A DNA stretch of 64,000 bases, from contig CBDFGT010000030.1 in NCBI GenBank assembly GCA_965247225.1, positions 17,456 through 81,455 of the forward strand, read 5' to 3'. The position numbers and the translations under genes are program-made. This DNA is from Rhizobiaceae bacterium (GTDB taxonomy: Bacteria; Pseudomonadota; Alphaproteobacteria; Rhizobiales; Rhizobiaceae). The notes below the pieces were generated by a model. It had not been told where the DNA came from. It was given only the letters and a program-made list of their open reading frames with translations, and did no database searches. Shown piece after piece: positions 18,297 to 29,837 of this stretch (within the stretch, counting starts at the first letter, position 1; every line of letters starts with the position of its first letter).

Positions 18297-20666
18297 GTGC
18301 AAAACCCATCGCTGAAATTTCCTTCGGCACAAGCACCGCGTGCCAGCCAGATTCTGCGTGCCGGCATGCCGGCGCTGGCCGCAGGGACAGAGCGCTACCG
18401 CATCCGTGGCGGTGGAACCACAGTCGTGCGCATGGCTGAAGGTGACACTTTCACCATCAGGGATATGGAAGGCGGCCAGCTTTGCGAACTGTCTTTTGTA
18501 GACCGGTCAGGCCAATTCAACGGGAGCGCACTGGGCAGTGCCTTCCCGGACGCCGGTGACGGCCTCAGGGCTATACTTTCCTCCGGTGAGGCCAGTGCCA
18601 AGCGCACCCTGGCGGCCCTCCTGCGCCGCAATGTCGATATGGCGAGGATCGCCTGTCTCACACTCTTCGGAACGCCATCGCCTGCAGGAAATCGTGTGTC
18701 CTTTTCCGTCGCCCTTGATGGCCTGCTGATTGTCTGTGCACCCGGTCTGGCCATGCATCCCGGCAGGCAGGATACGGCCACACCTCTGGAACTGGTTGTC
18801 AAAAGGTCTTCGCTTGTGCGCTCCTGTGAAAGCCTTCTGCCGGAACCGCTGGCGGACCCGCTGGAAGATATCCGCATAGCTGCGGCAACGGCCAGGGCCT
18901 ATCTGGTCAGGGCGGGCGACTATATCCAGGTTATCGATGTGCAGGGGCGTCAATGTACCGATTTTCAGGCATTTTCCGCCCGCAAGATCGACAGGGGCCT
19001 TGATCTGGCGCTGGATTCCACGGTCACCCGCACCCTGCTGGGTCGCTCCTACCCCACACCCGGCCTGCCCTCAAAAGCGTTTGACAGGGAGTTTGAGCCG
19101 CTGATTGAAATCGTGCAGGATACGGTCGGGCGTCACGATGCTTTTGCCACCGCCTGCAATGCGCGTTACTATGATGACATGGGCTATCCCGGCCACATCA
19201 ATTGCACAGACAATTTCAATGCCGCACTCGCGCCCTACGGCATCGCCCCCCGCAAGGGCTGGGAAGCCATCAACTATTTCTACAACACACGGATCGATGA
19301 CAACAATCAGCTCTATCTCGATGAGCCCTGGTCGCGGCCCGGCGATTATGTGCTGATGCGCGCGCTGACAGATATTGTCTGCGTGTCCTCATCCTGCCCG
19401 GATGATATTGATGCAGCCAATGCCTGGAACCCGACAGACATCCATGTGCGCACTTTTTCGTCCAAGGAAACTTTCACAAGAGCGGTGGCTTATCGAATGA
19501 CCCCGGATTCAGATGCAGAACTGACAAAGGAGACCGGCTTTCACACCCGGTTTGGTGCGCTCACGCGCGATTTTGCCGAGTATCGCGGCTTTTGGCTGCC
19601 GAACAGGTTTGGCGGTGAAGGGCCTGTGGCCGAGTATTGGGCCTGCCGGGAAGCGGCCGTGGTGATAGACCTTTCACCCCTGCGCAAGTTCGAGATTACC
19701 GGGCCGGATGCGGAAAGCCTCATGCAATATTGCCTGACGCGCGACATGCGCAAACTCTCCGCCGGTCAGGTTGTCTATTCCGCCATGTGCTATGAGCACG
19801 GTGGCATGATAGACGATGGCACGGCTTTCCGCCTCGGGGATAACAATTTCCGCTGGATCGGCGGAGACGACTATTCCGGTATCTGGTTGCGCGAACAGGC
19901 CGGGAAAATGGGCTATAAGGCCTGGGTGCGATCTTCGACAGACCAGATGCACAATATCGCGGTTCAGGGACCGAAAAGTCGCGAGATCTTGAAGGAGATC
20001 CTCTGGACGGGCGCACGCCAGCCGACACTGGACGAACTGGAATGGTTCCGCTTTTCCGTTGCCCGGATCGGCCATTTCGAGGGTGCACCCGTTGTCGTGT
20101 CGCGCACCGGCTATACGGGGGAACTGGGCTACGAAATCTTCTGCCATCCCCAAAACGCATCCGAGGTCTTTGATGCGGTTTACGGGGCCGGTGAAAAATA
20201 TGGGCTGAAACCCATGGGGCTGGAAGCGCTGGACATGGTGCGTATTGAGGCCGGGCTGATCTTTGCCAATCACGAATTTGACGACCGGACAGACCCGTTT
20301 GAGGCCGGCATTGGCTTTACCGTGCCGCTGAAATCGAAACAGGACGATTTTATCGGCAGGGATGCCCTGATCCGGCGCAAGGAAAACCCGCGCCACATCC
20401 TCGTCGGCCTTGATATTGACAGCAACGACCACATCGGCCACGGCGACACAATCCACATCGGTCGTGCACGGGTCGGCGTCGTAACGTCGGCCACCCGCTC
20501 GCCTGTCCTGAAAAAAACCATCGCGCTGGCCCGCATGGACGTGATGCATTCGGCTGTCGGCACGAACGTGGAAATCGGCAAACTTGACGGATTGCAGAAG
20601 CGGCTACCCGCAGTGATCGTGCCGCTCTCCCATTACGACCCGAAGAAAGAACGTCCGCGAAGCTGA
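18297..20666 (+). CDS. tdm: Trimethylamine-N-oxide demethylase (DUF1989 domain fused to a GcvT-like THF-binding domain)
   Basis: N-terminal half 'YIQVIDVQGRQCTDF...HINCTDNF' (DUF1989 type). C-terminal half 'VVSRTGYTGELGYEIF' (aminomethyltransferase type). GTG 18297 with GGGAGGA upstream is chosen as the start. Confidence 0.8.
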   Translation: MQNPSLKFPSAQAPRASQILRAGMPALAAGTERYRIRGGGTTVVRMAEGDTFTIRDMEGGQLCELSFVDRSGQFNGSALGSAFPDAGDGLRAILSSGEASAKRTLAALLRRNVDMARIACLTLFGTPSPAGNRVSFSVALDGLLIVCAPGLAMHPGRQDTATPLELVVKRSSLVRSCESLLPEPLADPLEDIRIAAATARAYLVRAGDYIQVIDVQGRQCTDFQAFSARKIDRGLDLALDSTVTRTLLGRSYPTPGLPSKAFDREFEPLIEIVQDTVGRHDAFATACNARYYDDMGYPGHINCTDNFNAALAPYGIAPRKGWEAINYFYNTRIDDNNQLYLDEPWSRPGDYVLMRALTDIVCVSSSCPDDIDAANAWNPTDIHVRTFSSKETFTRAVAYRMTPDSDAELTKETGFHTRFGALTRDFAEYRGFWLPNRFGGEGPVAEYWACREAAVVIDLSPLRKFEITGPDAESLMQYCLTRDMRKLSAGQVVYSAMCYEHGGMIDDGTAFRLGDNNFRWIGGDDYSGIWLREQAGKMGYKAWVRSSTDQMHNIAVQGPKSREILKEILWTGARQPTLDELEWFRFSVARIGHFEGAPVVVSRTGYTGELGYEIFCHPQNASEVFDAVYGAGEKYGLKPMGLEALDMVRIEAGLIFANHEFDDRTDPFEAGIGFTVPLKSKQDDFIGRDALIRRKENPRHILVGLDIDSNDHIGHGDTIHIGRARVGVVTSATRSPVLKKTIALARMDVMHSAVGTNVEIGKLDGLQKRLPAVIVPLSHYDPKKERPRS

Positions 20667-20673
20667 TCATACC

Positions 20674-21438
20674 CTATCCGGCAGGGGTCATCGGCCTCTG
20701 CTGCAGTGTGGTGCCGTCGGAACCCTCGCTGGGAACATCCGACAGGCGGACAAAACGAATGTGCTTTTGCTTCAGGTCCAGAATCCCCTTGATCACGCCG
20801 GCACCGGAAGCATGGCTTGGCTGGTTGATATGGGCCAGAATCACATCGCCGTTATGCGCTGCGGAGATCCGCTTTTCCGTCAGTCCGGGAAGAAGGGTAG
20901 CTCCGAAATCCGCATTGAGAGAATACCCCGCCACCTGCATGCCGGTGCTGCGGGCAATGGCAATGGCCGATGCAGTATATTTGGCCGTGGCACCCCGAAA
21001 CCAGCGGGGCGCAGGCAACCCTGCCGCCAGCATGGCCTGTGCACCGCCTTCAATTTCGTGGCGGACTGAACCGGCTGATCCGGCAGCCGGAATGCCATAG
21101 ACTTTCACGGGACGGTCAACCGCCGGAATATGGCTGAGACCATGATCCTCGACTTCAAACAGATCCGGATTGTCCCGCAGGATTTTCACAGAATCCGGGT
21201 TCCTGGCAATCCAGCGTCCGGTCACAAAAATCGTCGCCGGAATACGGTCCGCCAAAAGGACATCGAGAATCCGGTGGTCGACAGCGCCGCTGCAGGCATC
21301 AAATGTCAGCGCCACATGCGCAACAGGCTCCTTTGCCGTCAAAAGCGTGAGCTGTGGCTCAACCAGACGTACAGAATCTGCGGCAATGGCCGTGTGGGCA
21401 GAGAGGCTGAGGACGAGGAAAAGACCTGGAAATTTCAT
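20674..21438 (-). CDS. Secreted polysaccharide deacetylase (NodB-homology) family protein
   Basis: Signal peptide 'MKFPGLFLVLSLSAHTAIA', plus 'LTFDAC' and 'DHGLSH' segments. Confidence 0.65.
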   Translation of the reverse strand: MKFPGLFLVLSLSAHTAIAADSVRLVEPQLTLLTAKEPVAHVALTFDACSGAVDHRILDVLLADRIPATIFVTGRWIARNPDSVKILRDNPDLFEVEDHGLSHIPAVDRPVKVYGIPAAGSAGSVRHEIEGGAQAMLAAGLPAPRWFRGATAKYTASAIAIARSTGMQVAGYSLNADFGATLLPGLTEKRISAAHNGDVILAHINQPSHASGAGVIKGILDLKQKHIRFVRLSDVPSEGSDGTTLQQRPMTPAG

Positions 21439-21685
21439 GGGACGGTTTCCATTGGCAGAGGAAAACGTGAAGCACCTGCGAAGTGGCGGTTTTGTGGCCA
21501 CCGGCTTCAATTCTCTCCAGATATTCCGGTTCCCGAACCGTCTGTCCCATAGCCTGCCTGTCTTTACAGGATCTCACCGCATCAATCTGAACTCCGGGTT
21601 TGAGGCACAGGGTGCTTCAATGCCTGATAACCCCGGCATGGTCCTGTCCAGACCGGGGCACCCTGCGGGAAAGTCCCTGTCCGGA

Positions 21686-23026
21686 TCAGTTCTTCAGATA
21701 TTCTTCCAGTGTGTCGTCCAGCGCATCCACCCAGGGTGTATGATGTTTGGGCGACATGGTGCCTGTCATCAGCGAGCGATAGCAATTGTCCCGGAAGCCC
21801 ATGATGCTTTCCTGCTTGTGATGCTCCCACTCCATGAAGGTCCGGTTGGTGCCTTCAATGTCGAATTTCGGGTAATCGGTGACCGCAAGCAGATCCAGAA
21901 CATAATCGCCCTGAAACCAGATCATGTCCTCTGCAGTTTCCAAAGTCTCTTCGCGGGCACGCCACGCATCAAAATCGGCCTGCATATCCGCATCGGAAGG
22001 CAGCTTTATGCGGCCCAGCATGATATCGCGCGCAAACCAGGCCTGGGCATCGAACATATTGAACGTGTAGAACTGGTCCTGCATGCCAAGATAGAACAGT
22101 TTGTGGTTCGGCTGGAACACAACACCCTTCCAGAGACTGTCGGTCCACATACGGTTTGCCGTCTTCAGCCGCAGGTCTTCCGGCAGGAACGGAAAGGAAT
22201 GCTGATATCCTGTGCACAGGATCAGCACATCCACATCATCCTTCGTGGAGCCGTCCCGGAAATGCGCCGTCTTCCCGTCCAGCTTCATCAGCAGCGGGCG
22301 CTCTTCAAACCGCTCCGGCCATGTCCAGCCCATCGGCTTGGAGCGGTAGGAGGCTGTCACGCTCCTTGCACCATATTTCCAGCATTGCGAGCCGATATCT
22401 TCTGCCGAATAGGACCGGCCGACAATCAGCACATTCTTGTCCCTGAATTCCAGTGCATCGCGAAAATCATGCGCATGCATGACGCGGCCGCCAAAACTCT
22501 CGCAGCCTTCAAAATAGGGAACAAACGGTGTGGAGAAATGGCCTGTCGCCACGACCACATAATCAAAAACCTCGTCATACATGACATCCCGCACGAGATC
22601 ATGCGCGGTGACCGTGAAGGTTCCTGCCGCCTTGTCATGGCGCACCATACGCACCGGCGTGGAGAACCGCACCCATTTGCGGACATCGGCCTTTTCCACC
22701 CGGCCCTTGATATAGTCCCACAGCACGGCCCGCGGCGGAAAGGAGGCAATGGGCTTGCCGAAATGTTCCTCAAACGTATAGTCGGCAAATTCCAGGCATT
22801 CTTTCGGTCCGTTGGACCAGAGATAGCGGTACATCGATGAATGAACCGGTTCGCCATAGGCATCAAGACCCGTACGCCAGGAATAATTCCATTGTCCGCC
22901 CCAGTCGGACTGTTTTTCAAAACAGACAATTTCCGGAATATCGGCACCTTTTTGCGCAGCCGACTGGAACGCTCTCAATTGCGCTGTTCCCGATGGTCCG
23001 GCTCCGATTACTGCAACTCGTGTCAT
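21686..23026 (-). CDS. tmm: Trimethylamine monooxygenase (bacterial flavin-containing monooxygenase)
   Basis: FAD 'VIGAGPSG'; FMO motif '[11 protein letters not shown]'; NADPH 'VGRSYSAED'. Start ATG 23026 is preceded by GAGGGAA. Confidence 0.9.
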   Translation of the reverse strand: MTRVAVIGAGPSGTAQLRAFQSAAQKGADIPEIVCFEKQSDWGGQWNYSWRTGLDAYGEPVHSSMYRYLWSNGPKECLEFADYTFEEHFGKPIASFPPRAVLWDYIKGRVEKADVRKWVRFSTPVRMVRHDKAAGTFTVTAHDLVRDVMYDEVFDYVVVATGHFSTPFVPYFEGCESFGGRVMHAHDFRDALEFRDKNVLIVGRSYSAEDIGSQCWKYGARSVTASYRSKPMGWTWPERFEERPLLMKLDGKTAHFRDGSTKDDVDVLILCTGYQHSFPFLPEDLRLKTANRMWTDSLWKGVVFQPNHKLFYLGMQDQFYTFNMFDAQAWFARDIMLGRIKLPSDADMQADFDAWRAREETLETAEDMIWFQGDYVLDLLAVTDYPKFDIEGTNRTFMEWEHHKQESIMGFRDNCYRSLMTGTMSPKHHTPWVDALDDTLEEYLKN

Positions 23027-23099
23027 GTCAGTTCCCTCGTTTTTATAAGTCTGCGGAGGCTTTGGGGCGTGTCGAAGGGCGGGAGGGGGTTGTACGCAC

Positions 23100-24141
23100 T
23101 CAGTCCGGCCATATGCCCGGGCTCGTCGGCGCCCCGTCATCATGTTTCGACAGCCAGTCCACCGTCATGCCATGGAAAATCGACAGCCCCTTGTAATCCA
23201 CCAGTTCCGGGGGCAATGTCCTGAGAACACGATGGAACCGTCTGCCCCATTTGGGAACCGTCACCAGCTCGTTCATGTTCATCAGGTAGCAGCGGATCAC
23301 AAACAGGATGGCGTTGGAGCGCGGCAACCGCCAGAGGCTCTGCAACTCTACCCGCAGATGCACTTTCTCGCCGATATTCTCCGGCGTTACGGTTTTGCGG
23401 TCCTTGCCCCAGAGATGGTATTTTTCCGGTGATGTATCCAGACGCGGATTGATGGTCATGGTCCAGTTGAAACGGCGCGTCGGCTTGCCCTGCTGCAGGT
23501 TCAAAAGGAATTTCAGGGCCCGGTCGAACACGCCTGCCTGGTGGGCCAGCGGCACCGGCCCGTGCCATTCCATGAAATTCATGCCGATATCAAAATCGAG
23601 CGACCAGTCGGCCTGGGTGGTCACCATGCCGGCATCCATCCACAGATTGTTGTCCCGCTGGTCAACAATGCAGAAATCGCCCTGGGCCTGCCGCGTGATA
23701 TATTCCAGCGGTTCAAACGGCAGGGTGGCCCGGTCACCGAAGGTAAATGTATCATCTATTCCCAGAGGCCGGTTCTGCCAGCGCCATTGATCCCCGTTTT
23801 TCGTGAGGGTGAAATGTTCGGGATATCCTGCCGCCTGTTGCTCCATGATCAGCTCCAGCGTGTCCCATTGCGCCGCCATCATATGCGGCAAGCGCCTGGT
23901 AGCGCAGCGGATCTTCCTTCAGGACCAGGGCCCGTTCCGCCATTTCCGAAACATAATGCTCGTCAACATCAATCAGGCTTTCATAGACCGTGCCGGGCTG
24001 CCCGTGCACATGCGGCTCCATATTGACCGAATACATGTAGCTGTCTTCGGAAAACGGAAAGGGAAACCGCCTTATATTGGCAGTGGAGTTGCGATAGGAA
24101 AAATCATCGCGAAAGGTTTCCTGTCTGAACATGATTGCCAT
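23100..24141 (-). pseudogene. dmmC: Dimethylamine monooxygenase subunit DmmC (DUF3445, haem-PAS type), frame broken near 23892
   Basis: ORF 23752..24141 reads '...LKEDPLRYQA'. The family sequence continues as 'LPHMMAAQWDTLELI...' in ORF 23100..23891 after one extra nucleotide. Confidence 0.75.
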
Positions 24142-24171
24142 TTCGCCGTGTCCTTCACATCTGGTATCAGG

Positions 24172-25137
24172 TTAGAGATCAAGGGTGAGTGCATTGCCCG
24201 AAAACCGGGAAACACAGATCATGATTTTCCTGCCGGAGACCCGGTCCCCGGGTTCCAGAAAAATATCATTGTGCTCAAGCGTTCCGTCACAGGCGATAAC
24301 AGCCGTCTCGCACATGCCGCAGGCCCCGCCCCGGCACATGTAAGGTGCATCAATGCCCGCCTCTTCCACCGCTTCCAGCACGCTTTGATGTTCACCGACA
24401 GAAACCGTCCGGCCTGATCTGGCAAGCGCCACATCAAACGGCCTGCCCGGCGGCGGTGCCAGAAACCGTTCCGAATGCAGATTTTCCTTCGGCCATCCGG
24501 CATCGCGCCCGGCAGCCAGAAACGCATCAATCATGCCGGATGGTCCGCACACATACATATGCGTGCCAAGCGGCTGGTTTTCGAGAATGGTAGCAACCGG
24601 AATGAACATCTTTTCGTCGTCAAAATAGACCTTTACCCGTGCCGGACCATAGGTTTCGACCAGGCTCTGCCAAAAAGCCCCGTGACGGCGCGAACGCATG
24701 GCATAATGCAGCTCGAACGGCGTATGCTCGTCAGAAAACTGGGCCATCATGGCCAGAAACGGGGTAATGCCGATACCACCGGCAAAAAGGATATGTTTCC
24801 TGCCGCGCCGGTCTGCGGGAAAAAGATTGACGGGCTGACTGACAACAAGCGCATCGCCGGTGCGCACGCGGTCATGCAGGAAATGCGATCCGCCGCGCGA
24901 CTGCGGCACACGCAACACGCTGATTTCATAGCCGGATGTGTCTGTCGGCGACGACATCAGCGAATAGGGATTGCGCCGCAGCCGTCCCTCGTCATGCATG
25001 GAGACAACAACATGGGCACCGCCGGAAAACACGGGCATGGGGCCGCCGTCGGCACGCTCCAGCCGAAACTGTTTGATCGTCTCGCAAACCTGGGCAATGC
25101 GGGTCACCCGCACCGGAATTTCAGTATTGATGGTCAC
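24172..25137 (-). CDS. dmmB: Dimethylamine monooxygenase reductase subunit (phthalate-dioxygenase-reductase type, FMN/NAD/2Fe-2S)
   Basis: 'RNPYSL', 'FAGGIGITP' and a C-terminal plant-type ferredoxin motif 'CRGGACGMCE'. Confidence 0.85.
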   Translation of the reverse strand: MTINTEIPVRVTRIAQVCETIKQFRLERADGGPMPVFSGGAHVVVSMHDEGRLRRNPYSLMSSPTDTSGYEISVLRVPQSRGGSHFLHDRVRTGDALVVSQPVNLFPADRRGRKHILFAGGIGITPFLAMMAQFSDEHTPFELHYAMRSRRHGAFWQSLVETYGPARVKVYFDDEKMFIPVATILENQPLGTHMYVCGPSGMIDAFLAAGRDAGWPKENLHSERFLAPPPGRPFDVALARSGRTVSVGEHQSVLEAVEEAGIDAPYMCRGGACGMCETAVIACDGTLEHNDIFLEPGDRVSGRKIMICVSRFSGNALTLDL

Positions 25138-25733
25138 ACGAACATCTCCTCTGGTTCAGGGGCAGTGCCGGGCTCTTCGGCATCGATACACACGCCCTGA
25201 AAGGCTCCCAGCCTGCGGGAATAGTGATCGCGCACCAGAAGCGACAATCCGCAATGCGAACAGATGACCGGGCTTGTGCGCACATTGTCTGTAAATCCCT
25301 TGCAATGGACACATTGCACCCGGCGCATTTCCGGGCCCCTGTGCTCCGTCGGGATGGAATTGAAATCCATGCCCAGATCCAGCGCGATCTGCATGGCCTG
25401 ACCAATGAAGCCTTCCGTTCCGGCGATATAGAGCCGTGTGCCCATGGTGGCCCTGGCAAGCGAGCCCCGCAGGCGGAACAGCAGGGTTTCAATGCTTGGC
25501 CCGGTCCAGAACATGTCCGGCCCAAGACCGGCCAGCGCAACGTCCAGCCCTTTGGGTGCGGCACCGCCCGCCACATACAGAACCTCGCTTTTTGCCATGA
25601 TTTCGGGAGAGGGCACCTGCTCGAGAAGCGCCGGGGCACCCTCGCCTTCCAGTACAAAAAGGTGGCTCCTGGCAAAAACATCAATCGCGATGCCCCTGTA
25701 GACCGGACGGCTCTTGATTCCCTGTACCAGCAT
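25134..25733 (-). CDS. dmmA: Dimethylamine monooxygenase subunit DmmA
   Basis: 199 aa with a Cys cluster 'CVHCKG...CSHCG'. Sits between the GcvT-like and reductase genes, as in dmmDABC. Overlaps dmmB by 4 nt. Confidence 0.7.
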   Translation of the reverse strand: MLVQGIKSRPVYRGIAIDVFARSHLFVLEGEGAPALLEQVPSPEIMAKSEVLYVAGGAAPKGLDVALAGLGPDMFWTGPSIETLLFRLRGSLARATMGTRLYIAGTEGFIGQAMQIALDLGMDFNSIPTEHRGPEMRRVQCVHCKGFTDNVRTSPVICSHCGLSLLVRDHYSRRLGAFQGVCIDAEEPGTAPEPEEMFV

Positions 25734-25745
25734 CAGCCCGCCCCC

Positions 25746-26880
25746 TCAGCCCTGCGCCGTGCGCTTGGTTTTTTTCGGATCATCAAAGGTGATCGTGTGG
25801 GCAATCGCACCGGCATTGACTGTCTTGCCGCGAACAGACAGCGGCTTGCCCTGCACGGCACAATCCACATCCAGACGGGCAATCGCCATGGAACGGCTGG
25901 TCAGCCTGGAATAGCTCGGGCAGGTTATGACACCCACCTTTTTGTCGCCATCATAGACTTCATCGCCCAGATCCGTCGGACCATCGGCCTCAATCAGCAG
26001 GCCGAAGATCTTGAACCGCTCCCTGCCCTTGAGCCGGGCATGTTCTTCCGCACCGCGAAATCCGGTCTTGCCGGGGCTGACGGTGAAATCGAGCCCCAGC
26101 TCCCACAGGCTGTCGCCGGGCTGCTCGTTGGCAAAAGGATACATCTGCGAATTGTCGTAAGGATAAAACAGCAGATAGCTTTCCACCCGCAGCATATCGA
26201 GTACGGAAAAACACACCGGAATGATCCCCATCGCCTTTCCCTCGTCAAGGATCCGGTCCCAGACCATGCCGGCATTCCTGTCCGCGCACGAAAATTTCTT
26301 AGCCGCGCTCGCCTGTGTAGCCGGTGCGCGAAATCATCACCGGAGCGCCGAAAAGCGTGGTCTGCATATGGTGGAAATATTTCAGATCCCGGATACCGGG
26401 AACATGGTTTGCAAGATAGTCAACAGCCACAGGCCCCTGCAGCGACAGGTCATGCAGGTCATCATCAAACAGCACCGCGCAGTTGCGGCCCGCAGCCTGC
26501 TTGACAATCTCCTCATGGCCGGAACCGGACCCATGCACCAGCATCCAGGAATTGGGGCCATTGCGGTAAACGATGCAATCATCGGTAAAATGGCCGCGAT
26601 CATTCAGCATGCAGGCATAGACCGACTTGCCGGGATAAAGCTTCGACATGTCGCGCGTGGTGATGTAATCCAGCACGTGGATGGCATGCGGCCCCACGAG
26701 ATGCACCTTCTTCAGTCCTGACACATCCATGAGCCCGGCCCTGGTGCGAACCGCAATATGCTCCTCATAAATATCCTTGGCATAGGTCCATGCGGTTCCC
26801 ATGCCGCTCCAGTCCTCAAGGTTTGATCCCAATGCCCGATGCCGGTCTGCAAGGGCGGAAAAGCGCCAGCTCAATGCCAT
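25746..26880 (-). pseudogene. dmmD: Dimethylamine monooxygenase THF-binding subunit DmmD (GcvT-like), with a nonsense codon plus a frameshift
   Basis: 'ISRTGYTGERG' is followed by TAA (26299..26301) where the family has an aromatic residue (compare tdm 'TGYTGELGYEIF'). It then reads 'EIFV', and a +1 shift near 26281..26289 leads into 'ADRNAGMVWDRILDEG...'. Confidence 0.8.
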
Positions 26881-27039
26881 GTTCGTCCCCTCAATGTTTA
26901 CTCTCTGGAATATTTATTTCTTGAGTATAGGCAATGTTTTCGCCGTTTGGCAAGCGGGATTTGCGGGTAAAGAGGATGCGAAGGTCACAAGGCGTGGCCT
27001 TCTCCCCGCAAGCGGGACGACGGGAAATCCGGAAAAATC

Positions 27040-28347
27040 TCAGATATCGAGCGTCGTCTCGTTTTCCCAGGACGTGAAATGCGAAGCATAGGCATTCCAT
27101 TCGCGGTGCTTGAGCTTGAGATAGGCCGCAGAGAATTCGGTCCCGAGAGCCGCCTTCAGGCCCTCGTCCTTGTCGAATTCGCGCAGCGCATCCAGAAGGT
27201 TCAGCGGCAGGCGTGGCGCGTCCTGTCACGGTATGGCCCTCTGTATACATGTCGATATCGTGGTGACGGCCGGGATCGGCCTGTGTGCGCATGCCTTCCA
27301 GCCCCGCCGCAATGATGATCGATTGCAGGAGATAGGGATTGACCGCACCGTCCGGCAGCCGCAGCTCGAACCGCCCGGGCCCCGGCACACGCACCATATG
27401 GGTGCGGTTGTTGCCGGTCCAGGTGACGGTATTGGGTGCCCATGTCGCGCCGGAAATCGTGCGCGGTGCATTGATGCGCTTGTAGGAATTGACGGTCGGA
27501 TTGGTAATGGCGGCAAGTGCGGAGGCATGTTTCATGATACCGCCGAGGAAATGCTTGCCCTGCGCGGAAAGCCCGAACGGCATGGCCTTGTCGGCAAAGG
27601 CATTGACCTTGCCGTCGACATCCCAGACCGAGATGTGGCAATGGCAGCCATTGCCGGTCAGCCCCTTGAAGGGCTTGGGCATGAAGGTGGCGCGCAGCCC
27701 GTGCTTTTCGGCAATGGATTTGACCATGAACTTGAAGAAGGAATGCTTGTCGGCCGTCTTCAGCGCATCATCATAGTCCCAGTTCATTTCAAACTGGCCA
27801 TTGGCGTCTTCATGGTCGTTCTGATACGGACCCCAGCCAAGCTCCAGCATGGCATCGCAGATTTCCGCAATCACATCATAGCGCCGCATCACCGCCTGCT
27901 GGTCGTAGCACGGCTTTTCTGCCGTGTCATATTCATCGGAAATCTGTTTGCCGTCACTGGTAATCAGGAAGAATTCGGCCTCAACGCCGGTCTTGACCGC
28001 AAACCATCCCTTGCAGCATCCGCAATCTGCTTTTTCAGCATCACGCGCGGTGCCTGTTCCAGCGGCTGGTCGTCCATCACCAGATCGGCAGCCACCCAGG
28101 CAACATCGCGTTTCCACGGCAGTTGAATGACCGAAGACGGATCGGGAATGGCAAACAGGTCCGGGTGCGCGGGGGTCAGATCCAGCCATGTGGCAAAACC
28201 GGCAAAGCCCGCGCCATCTTTCTGCATGTCGGCAATCGCCTGTGCCGGCACCAGCTTGGCCCTTTGCGCTCCGAACAGGTCGGTATAGGAAATCATGAAA
28301 TATTTGATGCCGTTCTTGACGGCGAAATCTGCAAGTTCAGTGGTCAT
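27040..28347 (-). pseudogene. gmaS: Gamma-glutamylmethylamide synthetase (glutamine-synthetase type III-like) with two frameshifts
   Basis: Frame A 'MTTELADF...LKKQIADAARDG' is followed by a -1 shift in a T-run (28001..28003). Frame B 'FAVKTGVEAEFFLI...DMYTEGHTVT' is followed by a +1 shift (27222..27223). Frame A resumes with 'DAPRLPLNLLDALREFDKDEGLKAALGTEF...NETTLDI*'. Confidence 0.8.
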
Positions 28348-28497
28348 TGACGTTCCCCTTTGTATTTCTTGAACGCATGTCGCTGGACGGCCGGTCTGCC
28401 TGTGCCGCCCTTGCCCCGGGGTGGCCTCTGGATGCAATCCAGAGGGCCTCGAAGGGTCATTTCGCCCCTGTCTGTGCAGATAAGGGGCACTCCAGGA

Positions 28498-29826
28498 TCA
28501 AAACCCGCCCTTGCCCGGATACCAGTTCGTCCCCGCCAGCGGCACCTGCGCCATGGCGGCGGCTTCCAGTGTCAGGGCGCAGAGATCTTCCGGCTCCAGA
28601 TTATGCACGTGGTTCTTGCCGCAGGCCCGTGCAATCGTCTGGGCTTCCAGCGTCATGACCTTGAGATAATTGGCAAGGCGACGGCCGGCGGCCACCGGGT
28701 CCACCCGTTTCATCAGTTCGGGATCCTGCGTGGTAATGCCGGCCGGATCCTTGCCCTCATGCCAGTCATCATAGGTTCCGGCTGTCGCACCCAGCGCCTG
28801 ATATTCGCTTTCCCACTTCGGATCATTGTCACCGATGGCGACCAGAGCCGCAGTCCCGATGGAAACGGCGTCCGCACCCAAAGCAAGGGCCTTGGCCACA
28901 TCCGCGCCGTTGCGGATACCGCCGGACACGACCAGCTGCACCTTGCGGTGCATGCCCAGATCCTGCAACGCCTGGACAGCCGGACGAATGCAGGCAAGGA
29001 TCGGCTGGCCGACATTTTCGATAAACACTTCCTGTGTGGCTGCCGTGCCGCCCTGCATGCCATCGAGCACCACGACATCCGCCCCGGATTTCACCGCCAG
29101 CGCCACATCATAATAGGGCCGCGCACCACCCACCTTGATGAAGATCGGCTTTTGCCAGTCGGTAATTTCGCGCAATTCGAGGATCTTGATTTCCAGATCA
29201 TCCGGGCCGGTCCAGTCGGGATGGCGGCAGGCCGAACGCTGGTCAATGCCCTTGGGCAGGGTGCGCATCTCTGCCACCCGGTCCGAAATCTTCTGGCCCA
29301 GCAGCATGCCGCCGCCGCCGGGCTTGGCCCCCTGGCCCACCACAATCTCAATCGCGTCTGCCCGCCGCAGGTCACGCGGGTTCATGCCATAGCGCGACGG
29401 CAGATACTGATAGACCAGCGTCTGAGAGTGGCCGCGCTCTTCCTCCGTCATGCCGCCGTCGCCGGTCGTCGTCGACGTGCCGGAGAGTGTGGCACCACGG
29501 CCCAGCGCTTCCTTGGCAGGACCGGACAGCGAACCGAAGCTCATGCCGGCAATGGTGATGGGGATTTTCAGATGGATCGGCTTTTTGGCAAAGCGGGTGC
29601 CGAGCACCACGCTCGTGTCGCATTTTTCGCGGTAACCTTCCAGCGGATAGCGGGAGATCGAGGCACCCAGAAACAGCAGGTCGTCAAAATGCGGCACCTT
29701 GCGCTTGGCACCGCCACCACGGATGTCATAAATGCCTGTGGCCGCAGCCCTGCGGATTTCCGACAGGGTGTAATCGTCAAACGTTGCCGATTTGCGGGGC
29801 GTGGTCGGCGGATTGTGATAGCTCAT
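28498..29826 (-). CDS. mgsC: N-methylglutamate synthase subunit C (GltB FMN-domain-like)
   Basis: 'LDGMQGGTAATQ' and 'SGGIRNGADVAKALALGADAV'. Start ATG 29826 is preceded by GAGGGCAAGAG. Confidence 0.85.
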   Translation of the reverse strand: MSYHNPPTTPRKSATFDDYTLSEIRRAAATGIYDIRGGGAKRKVPHFDDLLFLGASISRYPLEGYREKCDTSVVLGTRFAKKPIHLKIPITIAGMSFGSLSGPAKEALGRGATLSGTSTTTGDGGMTEEERGHSQTLVYQYLPSRYGMNPRDLRRADAIEIVVGQGAKPGGGGMLLGQKISDRVAEMRTLPKGIDQRSACRHPDWTGPDDLEIKILELREITDWQKPIFIKVGGARPYYDVALAVKSGADVVVLDGMQGGTAATQEVFIENVGQPILACIRPAVQALQDLGMHRKVQLVVSGGIRNGADVAKALALGADAVSIGTAALVAIGDNDPKWESEYQALGATAGTYDDWHEGKDPAGITTQDPELMKRVDPVAAGRRLANYLKVMTLEAQTIARACGKNHVHNLEPEDLCALTLEAAAMAQVPLAGTNWYPGKGGF

Positions 29827-29837
29827 CTCTTGCCCTC

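Noticed and set aside
21170-22840. 556-aa ORF on the plus strand
   Set aside because: It is antisense to tmm. It has no motifs and its composition is typical of an out-of-frame GC-rich translation.
26891-27039. C-terminal tail of the 432-aa ORF 26891..28189
   Set aside because: It is read-through in the wrong frame after the second gmaS frameshift. The genuine C-terminus ('...HFTSWENETTLDI*') ends at 27040.
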